From: Eledone cirrhosa
Taxonomy: Eukaryota
Direction of reading: 5' to 3'
Length of the DNA: 64,000 nucleotides
Assembly (NCBI GenBank): GCA_964016885.1
Contig: OZ024751.1
Span: 2,914,001-2,978,000, forward strand
The position numbers and the translations under genes are program-made. The notes beneath the pieces were generated by a model. That model saw only the letters and a program-made list of their open reading frames with translations, made no database searches and was not told the DNA's origin. Positions 38,059 to 49,282 of the stretch are shown here, piece by piece; the first letter of the stretch is position 1; every line of letters starts with the position of its first letter.

Positions 38059-38609
38059 AATGTGCAATAAGAGCAAAATATAACGACATTGCTCAATTAT
38101 TTTATCTAATGTTGTAATAACACAAGGAAATGTTGTTTGTGTATTTTTTTTTATATTTGCTCATAGGCTTTTACAATTTCGCTCAGCCAACAACTATTAA
38201 AAAGTGAGTTGCTTAAGATAACAATTTAATCACAAATTGTTGCTATCTTTTAATACACTCCAACAAGTCATCAAATTATGTACAATAAAAACAAATCTTA
38301 TTAATTTGCTCAGGGAATATAAAGAAAATGTATATACACTGATAATTGCAATTGTATGTAAATATTTTGTTTTTGTATTGTTTATTTTATGTTTTCTATT
38401 ATGTATAATATATTGATTTAATATTGATTGTTTTTTGTAGTTGTTTATATTAAAAGTCTGAAAATATTTTTATACATCTTACACTAATATTTATAAGATA
38501 ATTTATAATAACAATTACATAATCTAATTACATTACAACGATAATTTATTATTAATATATATCCTGTTTAACTAGAGTTATTACAAGCGTTGCCTTAAAA
38601 AAATATTAA

Positions 38610-39566
38610 ACTAGACATGAAAAATGCGCAAGCTCAAAAGTGCCACAGAATGTTATAATAAACCTTCAAAAGTGTGGGACTAGAGTTGTTGCTAAAAAAT
38701 ATTGTAATCATTACATATCGTACATTCTGTGGCATCCTTTATAAAAATAGCTTAAACCAACGAAGCCTTTATTTTTACGCTATTTCACTTAGTTAATTCT
38801 TAGAGTGTAACATATAAAAATAAATACATCTATGTTTAATGTAATAACAGCTATAAATAATTACGTAATATTATTATCATATACTCATAGTAACAAAATA
38901 ATTGTGTTGAAAATTAATATGATGCTTATATGAACGATCAAATCTATAATGATAATTTCTTAAATATACTAATAGTAAAATAATTTAGTTATCTATTGTT
39001 ACATTTTCATAGAACTATAATATTAACAATCGTATTGCATTATCAAATTTTTATCACTACAAACTTTCATATTGGAATTACCTTAAGCCACTTATTATTA
39101 CTTCGCTTTCGTACTTTTACAGCTGTAGATATTGCGCTGTATCTTATATCTAATATCAATATCTCATGGTAATTTGCATGCAGTGTAAAATAGGTTTATT
39201 AATAACTTTAATATGAAATGTATTATACAGGGCTGCGGAGTCGGCCAAAAATTGACTGGCTCCAACTCAGGATCCGATACTCCATTATTTCCTAAATTTC
39301 AGCTCCGCAGCTCTGTTATTATATTAATTAATTTATTTTATAGTTGTAAATCATATTTTTATATGTTACACTCTAAGAATTAACTAAGTGAAATAGCGTA
39401 AAAATAAAGGCTTCGTTGGTTTAAGCTATTTTTATAAAGGATGCCACAGAATGTACGATATATAATGATTACAATATTTTTTAGCAACAACTCTAGTCCC
39501 ACACTTTTGAAGGTTTATTATAACATTCTGTGGCACTTTTGAGCTTGCGCATTTTTCATGTCTAGT
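38610..39566. repeat. Foldback/MITE-like unit with ~213-bp inverted arms (38610-38822 / 39354-39566)
   Basis: Near-perfect reverse-complement arms starting ACTAGACATGAAAAATGCGC, with a ~530-bp AT-rich spacer. Confidence 0.9.
39228..39315. mobile_element. Tiny hAT-like MITE
   Basis: TIRs CAGGGCTGCGGAG / CTCCGCAGCTCTG; 8-bp flanks GTATTATA / TTATTATA. Confidence 0.75.
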
Positions 39567-40554
39567 ATATATATGTGTGGGTGTATATATGTGTGTATAT
39601 ATATGTGTGTGTGTATGTATATATATATATATATATGTGTGTTTGTATATATATATGTGTGTTTGTATATATATATATGTGTTTGTATATATAGGAACGA
39701 TCGACTTTCGTCAAATCGGACCGAGGGAACAATGTTTCCGTTGGTCTTTCCAATTGCTATTTGTATATATATATGTGTGTATATGTGTACATATACACAC
39801 ATATATATGTTGTACATGTGTATATACATCTATAAGTTTGTGGATGTGTGTAAAAAGTATCACGTATTCACAATCCAAATTGAAAATAATGACGTACGTA
39901 ACTGTCAAAAATTAGTTTCACTTTTGAGACCGGCCGTTTTGACGTATGCCGTATGTATGTGTGTATGTATGTGTGTGTATGTACTTCTGTGTGTATGTAT
40001 GTACTTCTGTGTGTATGTATGTACTTGTGTGTGTATTATGTATGTGCATATCTGTGTGCCTGTGTTTATATGTATGTATGTTTGCATGCATGTATGTATG
40101 TATATATATGTAAGTATGTACAACTGTAAGTGTATATGTATCTCAAATGTGTGCGTATATGTGTATGATCATGTGTATGTGTGTGAGTATGTGTGTGAGT
40201 ATGTGTGTGTGTATGTATGTGTAGCTACGGCAGTCAGTGTCAGTGCGGTCAGCTAATTAAGCGTGTGTTTACACAGTGAGGTATGCGTGAGCCGCAGTTC
40301 CTGTTTATGTGTATAGATAGAAGTGATGGTGTGTGTGTAGACTGTATTGTGTGTGTGTGTTTTGACAGTAGTGTCTGAATATGTGTAGACAGTAGTCTGT
40401 GTATGTGTGTGTCTTTTGACACTAGTGCGTGTGTTTGGGTGGGTGAATTCATACATAGACAAAAGCTCATATGTGAGAAAGCACTTCCGTTGTACATTCT
40501 TTACTTCCGCTATTCATTCGCCATCGGCAAAATGTTCAACAAGCCCTGTCAGCT

Positions 40555-41900
40555 ATCTTTCTCTCACTCTCCCTCCTCTCCCTCTTTCTTTCTCTCCTCT
40601 CTCTCCCTGTTTTCTCTCTTTCTCTTTCACTCCTCCTCCTCCCTCTCTCGCTTTGTTACTGTCTTTTCTCCCCATCTCTCTCTCTTTCACTTTTTCTCCT
40701 CTCTTCTCATATGTCTCCAACTCTCCGTGTCTGACCCATTTCTCTCTCTCTCTCTCTCTCTCTCTAATACATAAACATACACACATATACCCACACTACA
40801 TACACATACACCCACACACACATATACATATACACACATAGACATTCACACACACATACACACATACACACATGCACACACAAACACACATAAACACACA
40901 TAAACACACACATACACATTTTCCTCTAGTTTCCTTAATAAACCCAGACTGAAACTGGGTCTCACTGACGTCTTCTCTAGATAAGTTAATCACACACACA
41001 CATACACTCACACACATACAGACACACACATTCACACACACACATACACTCACACACATACAGACACACACACATACACACTCACACATACATACACACA
41101 CATTCACACACACACACATACACACTCACACGCATACAGACATACACATTCACACACACACATACACTCTCACACATACATACACACACATTCACACACA
41201 CACATACACTCTCACACATACAGACACACACATTCACACACACACATACACTCACACACATACAGACACACACATTCACACACACACATACACTCACACA
41301 CATACACACTCACACATACACACTCACACACATTCACACACACACATACACTCTCACACATACAGACACATTCACACACACACACACTCACACACATACA
41401 GACACACACACATTTTACTCTCTTCCTGCCCCGCTCTCACTCCCTCCACCCACCGCTCTCTCTCTCTTCCTGCCCTGCTCTCACTCCCTCCACCCCCTTT
41501 CTCTCTGGGTCACTTCAGCTATAATTTAAACTAGTATCATATCTGACAAACAACACAGACACATACACACACTCACCAACATACACATACACACACTCAC
41601 ACACACATGCATACACACACAAACTAATACGCGTATATATACATACACACATACAAACACCCACTAACACACACATACACACATACAAACACCCACATAC
41701 ACACACACATATACACACACCCACTAACACACACATACACACACCCACTAACACACACATACAAACACCCACATACACACACATACCCATATACAAACAC
41801 CCACTAACACCCACTAACACACACATGCATATATACAAACACCCACATACAAACACCCACTAGCATATACATGCAAACACACACACACACATACACACAT
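40555..41900. repeat. (CT)n- and (CA)n-rich compound microsatellites
   Basis: Direct reading of the sequence. Confidence 0.9.
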
Positions 41901-42120
41901 TAAGACCACCACCCCTGTACATGCTCACACACAGTTCAAACCAGTACAATATCACACACCGAGACATGTTAGACTACACCTATTACATACACACCAATGG
42001 ACGTAGGTGGAGCTACATGGTTACTTAACCTGCTAAAAATAGCAGCCATATTCCTGTCAGACCAGTCTACTATTTAAAAAGAAGGAATGACAATCTATAT
42101 ATAAATTTGAGCGTCACGCG

Positions 42121-42157
<37 letters not shown>

Positions 42158-42575
42158 TGTGTGTGTGTGTGTGTGGGTGTGTGTGTGTGTGTGTGTGTGT
42201 GTTCGTGCGCGTGTGTGTGTTTTTTGGTGTGAATGTATGTGTGTATAAAAGCAAGGAAGGGGATGGTGAACAATCTATAACAAAACAGCGACTGGCGTTC
42301 CATTTGTTATGATGTGTGTAAGTGTGTTTTGTTATGTGTATTTGTGTGAATGTATGTGAGTGTGTGTGTGAATGTATGTGTGTATTTGTGGGAGTGTGTA
42401 TTTGTGTGTGTCTGTGTTTGCACGTTTATATTTATATACTCATACATATAAATGTATGCTTACTTACATATAAATGTATACATATGCACTTACATGTAAA
42501 TGTATAATAAGCGAGAAAAATATAGAAGTAAGGGAGAAATCATCTTTTTTTAAGGGAAGAGGGCAAACTCTACAT

Positions 42576-42741
42576 CAGTGGTTCCTAAAGTGGCTTCCGC
42601 GGGACCCAAGGGTTCCACAAAAGAGTGTGGGGTTCGTGAATAAAAGGTGGAAAAGTATATAACAGTATTAGACTTTGGGGTTCCCTCAAAAGTTTCTGAA
42701 CCAAAAGGGTTTAGTGTTTTGAAAAAGTTTGGGAAACCCTG
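42576..42741. mobile_element. hAT (Charlie-like) MITE
   Basis: Ends CAGTGGTTCCTAAA / TTTGGGAAACCCTG; 8-bp flanks CTCTACAT / TTCTACAT. Confidence 0.8.
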
Positions 42742-43079
42742 TTCTACATACATGGCTGGGTTGTATATTCTACAGTATTGCCGCAGAAAACAGCCAGCGA
42801 TACCCGCTGAGTCAGTCATTCCACTACTTGGAGTTCCTTCCTCAAACGAGATTTTCTCTTTCCGATATTGCAGAGGAAACCGGAAGTCTGTGGACCGAGG
42901 GCACCTGATGTCTCGATGGAATACGGCAAAAAAACAAAAAAAAAAAAATGAAACCGCAAGCAGTCAAATTGCGGGACTTTATCTTGGGTATATTTTTTTT
43001 CTTGCGTTATGGACGATGATGATTGAGACCTTGAGATTGGACAACATGGTATCCTATATTATAGATTTTATTGTCTAGA

Positions 43080-43137
43080 AATAATTGTTTCTACTTTTGG
43101 CACAAGGCCAGCAATTACCCAGTACATTACTGGTACT
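43080..43137 (-). mobile_element. SINE 3' fragment
   Basis: Reverse complement of AGTACCAGTAATGTACTGGGTAATTGCTGGCCTTGTGCCAAAAGTAGAAACAATTAT. Confidence 0.85.
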
Positions 43138-43139
43138 AT

Positions 43140-43720
43140 AATAAGATGGGATAGCCATGTGCTTACACAGTCAGGTTTGACCCGAACAAGGGCGGCGGCA
43201 GCGCAAGCGCCTAAGGATTAACCTCAGTAGAGCTAGACTGGCGTGTGGGAGACGCACGAGTTCATCAATGCTGGAGCCGAGTTGGCGGTGATAATAATCC
43301 ACCATCAAGGCCGGACATCTCATCCAAAGATTTTCGGAGGATTCTTCTTCCTCTCCGCACAGACGGCATGTGTTGATTTCCGCTTGGCCGATCATATGGA
43401 GCCATCTTCTTAATGACGTGTGATGTCCACTGCGGAAGCGGACGAGATGGTTCCTATCTGCTTTGGAGAGAATTTGCTCACTCTCTTCATTTGGGTGGCG
43501 GCTAAAGACTGATTGTAGACGTTGATGCTGGATCGGTGGTGGGCGAAATTCCCGGCGAATGACGGCGCGTCGGGTGGCGGTATCGATTGAACTTTCCAGT
43601 TGAGTAGATTCTGAGTCTTGTTTCGCCTGGGCGTCCGCGATTTCATTCCCTTTGATGTTGCAGTGCCCCGGGACCCAGGCAGCTGCTAAGGTTCTCCCCT
43701 TTGTGATTTTGTTATCGATC
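43140..43720 (-). mobile_element. RNase H-containing LINE (Ingi/I-group), 3' part
   Basis: WVPGHCNIKGNEIADAQAK (RNase H C-terminal half), RFRSGHH and a CRLCGEEEESSENLW..C zinc finger. Confidence 0.85.
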
Positions 43721-44169
43721 TTTAGTGAATTGGTCATAGGGTTATTTACTCCAGTAAATACCACTGCATGCCAACCACTAATTTAACTTGAAAGAAGATA
43801 AAGAAGAACTTTTATGTAATTTTTCTTGGTTAGAATTATCTCTCTACATTCGAAGTAATAATTGAAGCATGACGAATATCTCAAAACGAGTATCAATAAC
43901 AACTTGTATTTATTGTAGTGCGTGTATTACAATTTGGTAACAAAACGTACCTCGTGACATGATATGGTGTAATCCTGAAATACAAGATAGGATTAGAAAA
44001 ACTTAACACATCTGTGCTTGGTTTGGTCAGTTCTAGAGCCTGCTGCCCAAAGAAGGAGATTGCCCTTTGCTCTTTCTTTTATATTACCCGGAACAGAAGT
44101 TCAAGGAATATTCTAAAAATTCTACGGGAAGTAACTCTAGCTACTTCCCTTTGTCTAGTAAGCGCTACA
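43721..44169 (-). repeat. 3' LTR of the Gypsy element
   Basis: Direct repeat of 48834-49282. The PPT (GAGAGGGGAGCCT on the minus strand) is adjacent at 44170-44182. Confidence 0.95.
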
Positions 44170-44626
44170 AGGCTCCCCTCTCAGACGAGAAGTCGAATAA
44201 CCAACCGAAGGTCATTGTAGCGAGAACCCGTAAGAAATTAGGAGCAAAGCAAAGGTACAAGAAAGTGCATGAATAAAACATGAGCTCGCAACTGAAGAAA
44301 ATAGCAAAAAAGCACAAAACAAGTAAATGCATTTTACAAAGAAACAATTTTTTGCTGCACAAGGATGATGCAGAAAAAATGTAAATGTAACAAAACTAAT
44401 AACTGAAAGTTAACATAAGGGAGCAGAGAAAAATTAATGCTCAATGGTAAGTTCAAAGTTTCTTCAGAATCAAATAGTTCATACATCACCAGTGTACAGA
44501 CTTTTCTGACACTAATTCTATCTGAAACTGAAAAGAGTTTGTTAATGCCACTTGGGGTTAAATGTATTTAGTTTTTGACAATTTACGTGGCCATCTTACT
44601 GCTCTGCCACCTCGTGTGACATAAGG

Positions 44627-47600
44627 TTATGTGGTATGTGGTGTTTGCGGTGGAGGTGAAGGTGTTGGTGTGGGAGTGAATGTACGAGGTGTATCAGGCA
44701 TTGTAATGAGACTTTCAGAGAAAGCCCTCTTTGCTCTGTCAATGGATATTGTCTCTTTTCGACCATTGACAGCCACTGTAAAATGTTTTGGTGTGTGCGA
44801 AAGCACACGAAAAGGTCCATTATAGGGTGACTTAAGCGGTTCCTTGACTGAATCATTCCGTCTACGTAGAGATATCCGATGGAACAGCAGAAGAAATAGA
44901 CTGGTCACGAGGGTTCATTGGTGGAAGATCCGAGAAGTAAGAACGAATCCTGGTGACATATGATGTTGGATCAAGATGCGATGAATCAACCGGTGCTAGC
45001 ATTTGTCCGGGAAGATTCAAGGTGGTACCGTAAAGAAGTTCAGCTGAGGAGAAACCCAAATCTGTCTTAACGGCAGAACGACAACCAAGAAGCACGATTG
45101 GCAAAAATTCGGTCCAACGTTGCGGATCAGGAGTAGCGCGGAGTGCAGCTTTCAACTGTCTGTGAAACCTCTCCTCCATTCCGTTGGAGGTTGAGTGATA
45201 GCTGGTCGTATGAATGTGATGAGCACCCAAAAGTCGTGATATTTCACGAAATAAGGAAGCCTCGAACTGGCGTCCCCGATCCGTGGTTGTTTTAGAAGGA
45301 ACACCAAAGCGAGCAACCCAATTGGAAATGAAAGCTCGGGCAACGGACTCGGCTGTTATGTCCACTAGGGGTATGGCTTCAGGCCACCGAGAGAAACGAT
45401 CGATACAGGTCAATATATATGTGAACCCACGACTAACGGGCCAAGGACCAACAATATCCATGTGAATGTGACGGAAACGGGTGTCCGGCGGGCTGTATTT
45501 ACCAAGAGGAGCGCGAACATGCCGATAAATCTTAGAGCGCTGACATTTCAAATAAGAACGTCCCCAACCGGTGATTAAACGACGCATATTAGGCCAGAAA
45601 AATGGGGCCGTGATGAGCTTCACCGTGGCAGCTATGCCGGGATGCGACAAGGAATGAAGTGCATCAAAAAGGGTACGTTGATGGCAATCTGGAACACGTG
45701 GTCTGGGTGAGCCAGTAGAAATATCGCAGAGAATTTTCCCTTCAGAAGATGGAAGAGGTAAATATTCCAATTTGCAACAGGAGAACTGGTCAGATGAAAT
45801 GTCCAACGAATATAAAGTAGGTTGGTCAGTTGCCATGGCAATCAAATCGATATATGCAGGAGACGCAAGAGAACACACAGAAAGTCGAGACAGTGCGTCC
45901 GCGGGTATGTTGGCAGCTCCGACTATATGACCAATGTCACTGGTGTGCTGGGAGATGAGATCCAAATGCCTATATGCCCTCGGAGAGTACCTGTCGAACT
46001 TGGATTGGAGAGCGAATGTTAGCGGTTTATGGTCCGTGAATATCGTGAACTCCCGCCCTTCCAAAAAATGATGGAAGTGCTTCACGGCAAGATAGACCGC
46101 CAAAGGTTCTCTGTCAAAAGTGCTGGTTTAAGTTGGCATGAGAAAAATGCCAGTGGTTGAACCTGGTGGTTGATCGTATGTTCCAAACTGCTCCAACAGC
46201 ATGATCGAACGCATCAACAGTTAAAGAAAGCCTCGCGTTTGCAACAGGATGGGTGAGGAAAGAAACTTCAGCTATTTCGGACTTGACGGATTCAAACGAT
46301 TGCAAATTATCGGCAGAAAGTGCAATGGGTGTATCTTTCTTTTTCGCATCCTTTAAAAGCTGTCAAGGGGATAACTTTTCAGCACAGTTGGGAATAAAAC
46401 GATGATAAAAGTTAATTAATCCCAAGAAATGACGTAATTGTTTCAGGGAGGTGGGGGTGCCATACGCTGAATCGCTTCCACCTTAGATGGCAAAGGTCGA
46501 ATGCCTTCCGAATCTATAAGATGTCCAATGAATTCCAGTGAAGCTGTACCAAACACACATTTGATTCTGACTTGGTACGATTGAAGACGTTGAAATAACT
46601 GGGATACATGTTGATGATGATGTTCAGCTGTATCATTGGCTATCAGGAGGTCATCCACGTATGCAAACACGAAATCTAATCCACGCGTGACTTCATCGAT
46701 AAAGTGCTGGAACGTGCTAGAGGCATTCCGCAAACCAAAAGGCATGAACAGAAATCTAAACGAAACAACAGCTGTTTTTGGTATGTCTTCTGGATTCATG
46801 GGTATTTGATGGTAAGCCCGTACCAGATCTATTTTAGAAAATATCTTGCATCCATGCAGAACGGATGAAAAATCCTGTAAATTTGGTAAAGGATAACGAT
46901 CAGGTGTAGTGATGACATTAAGTCTTCAATAATCTCCCAACGACCTAAAATCTGCTTCACCCTTTCGAGCCAAGTGAAGCGGAGATGCCAATGGGCTGGT
47001 GGAAGGTCGAATAAGACCGTGCTGAAGCATGTGCTCGAACTCATCTCTGGCTTTCTTTACTCTATCCGGAGCCAACCTTCGTGGACGAGAGAAAACAGGC
47101 GGGCCAGTTGTTGTAATAAAGTGTCGAGTGGACTACCCCATTAGGTTTAAATGAGATGTCCGTTAACTCGGGAAACGAGGCAAGAAGTGAATGATACTGG
47201 TTCCTAGAGGCTATAAAAAACGAGGGACTGACAACAGCAGCAGTAGACCTACGAGCAGGCGTAGATAAAGATGTGGTACCATCCACAAGTTTCTGTCTCC
47301 TGACATCTACCAAAAGTAAATAATGGTGTAAAAAATCGGCACCGAAAATAGGATGAGGTAGGTCCGCAATCCATTTAAAATCTCGACGCAAAGCTAAGTC
47401 CAACGATAAAGATATTTGACCATAGGTTTTGATCGGAGACTGGTTCACTGCATATAAAGAAATGCCGGAAAAATTTGGCTTGGTAGAGCTGAACCGTAAA
47501 GGCCAAATACTGCAACTAGACCCTGTGTCCACCATAAATGACCTGTTTGAGATTCGGTCTCTGATGAAGAAAGCACGATAAGGTGAATTATTGAGGGAGA

Positions 47601-47667
47601 GGTTTGCCGTGCCTAGACTCTCCAATTTTAGTTTTCCGAGGCCCCGAAAGAACAGGGCTGAATACAA
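44627..47667 (-). pseudogene. Gypsy pol (protease, RT, RNase H, integrase), frameshifted
   Basis: FMVDTGSS protease; MPFGLRNA and [11 protein letters not shown]; TDHKPL and NIPADALSR RNase H; HHCC remnant, HMDIVGP, DRFSRWP, TDRGRQF and ERFHRQLK integrase; PYNGPF GPY/F module. Confidence 0.93.
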
Positions 47668-48390
47668 TGTTTCGCCTTTTCACGAAAACGAACGTGATAC
47701 CAACACAAAAACGAGTTGTTGGCGGGGAAGTTGGTGCGACGATGAAAAAAAGGAGAGCGACTTCGTGAACGCCACCTAGATGGCGTTCGATCCCGACACA
47801 GTTTAGCTACTTGACGAGTTAACACGTCAATGGCTCTCAACATTGAGTCCTCACGAGGTGAAGCAGGCTGGGTTTTAAAAGCAGAAGTGACGACTGAATC
47901 TACCGAAGTAGGCCCTCGAGAAAATTCCATAATGCGGTCCGCCCAGGCCGCAATCTGTTCCAAAGAACTAGTGTCGGCCATATTCGCCAATATGGTCTGC
48001 ACATTTGTTGGCAAACGGGAGAAGAATGGCTGTTTTACGAAGGAATTGTCCTCTACTGCTGAGTCGCTCAGTTCCCGGATACGCCGTAAAAATTGAGACG
48101 GACTTCTGTCACCCAGGTTTTCCTTTTCCAACAAGGAACGAAGTCTACTCTCAGACGAACGGCTGTTCCGTCTGGGCACTTCTGCCTTTAGGGTTTCGTA
48201 AGATGTGCCTTGTGGAGGATCTGTAATTATATCTTTAACTGAGGTTGCCAGCGAAGCAGGAATTCCAATGATAAGCACGTGTGATCTCTGTTGAGCTGCT
48301 TGAACGCCGTGGGCAGCAAAATACGAGTCCATTTGAGCAAACCACAATTTGGCATCACCAGAAAATGCCGGTAAAGAAGAATTGCTCATG
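47628..48390 (-). CDS. Gypsy gag
   Basis: MSNSSLPAFSGDAKLWFAQM..., LGDRSPSQFLRR and the CWYHVRFREKAKHCIQPC CHCC motif. The frame is open. Confidence 0.88.
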
Positions 48391-48815
48391 ATTAACACCG
48401 TAGACGCGGAGCGAGAATTTCTACGTCGTTTTTTTTTTTTTTCCAACTACCGCACACGTGGTAGTACCATGAATAACTTAAGTAAAACATATATATATAT
48501 AGCACCGAGCAAGTAAGATGGCGACTTCAAAAAAAAAAAAAAAACGAAAGCTTGGTTGAACCAAAGACACGAGGGACAATTTTTTTAGTCAATTATCACG
48601 CTGACAACATGGCGACTTGCTTCTTCAATTTTGTCATTCATGTATTGCTTTCAACAACAACAATTTTTTCTATTTTGTTTGCCCCATACGAACTGACTGA
48701 AAAATAACGAACTTTCTAGAGTTGAGAATAATTTTTTTCTGCGTTGTTGCCTCTTTTTTTTTTTTCAGTATTTTATGCCTGCATTCATGCCCACTGTTGC
48801 ATCAAATATTTTCAC

Positions 48816-48832
48816 ATCACGTCAGGTCACCA
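48816..48832 (-). promoter_or_regulatory. Primer-binding site, tRNA-Trp-like
   Basis: Minus-strand TGGTGACCTGACGTGAT lies 1 nt after the 5' LTR and resembles the canonical tRNA-Trp PBS TGGTGACCCCGACGTGAT. Confidence 0.85.
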
Positions 48833-48833
48833 A

Positions 48834-49282
48834 TTTAGTGAATTGGTCATAAGGTTATTTACTCCAGTAAATACCACTGCATGCCAACCACTAATTTAAC
48901 TTGAAAGAAGATAAAGAAGAACTTTTATGTAATTTTTCTTGGTTAGAATTATCTCTCTACATTCGAAGTAATAATTGAAGCATGACGAATATCTCAAAAC
49001 GAGTATCAATAACAACTTGTATTTATTGTAGTGCGTGTATTACAATTTGGTAACAAAACGTACCTCGTGACATGATATGGTGTAATCCTGAAATACAAGA
49101 TAGGATTAGAAAAACTTAACACATCTGTGCTTGGTTTGGTCAGTTCTAGAGCCTGCTGCCAAAAGAGGGAGATTGCCCTTTGCTCTTTCTTTTATAATAC
49201 CCGGAACAGAAGTTCAAGGAATTTTCTAGAAATTCTACGGGAAGTAACTCTAGCTACTTCCCTTTGTCTAGAGAGCGCTACA
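48834..49282 (-). repeat. 5' LTR of the Gypsy element
   Basis: Direct repeat of 43721-44169 with about 8 substitutions by eye. Confidence 0.95.

Larger units (their letters stand above)
33704..39950. mobile_element. Putative non-autonomous Mutator-like (MULE) element, 6.2 kb
   Basis: 57-bp TIRs at 33704-33760 and 39894-39950 (56/57 identical, starting GGCATACGTCAAAACGG). GTATGTATG flanks both ends (33695-33703 and 39951-39959). No transposase inside. The TSD lies in a TATG repeat, so it is weaker evidence. Confidence 0.6.
43721..49282 (-). mobile_element. Gypsy LTR retrotransposon, CsRN1/Kabuki/Boudicca-like clade, full length, decayed ORFs
   Basis: Two 449-bp LTRs, tRNA-Trp-like PBS, PPT, gag with CHCC motif (CWYH...C...C), domain order PR-RT-RH-IN, and 4-bp flanks GATC/GACC. 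Confidence 0.95.

Noticed and set aside
44170-44620. env-like third ORF in the Gypsy element
   Set aside because: The region between integrase and the PPT is only ~450 bp, AT-rich, with no substantial ORF.
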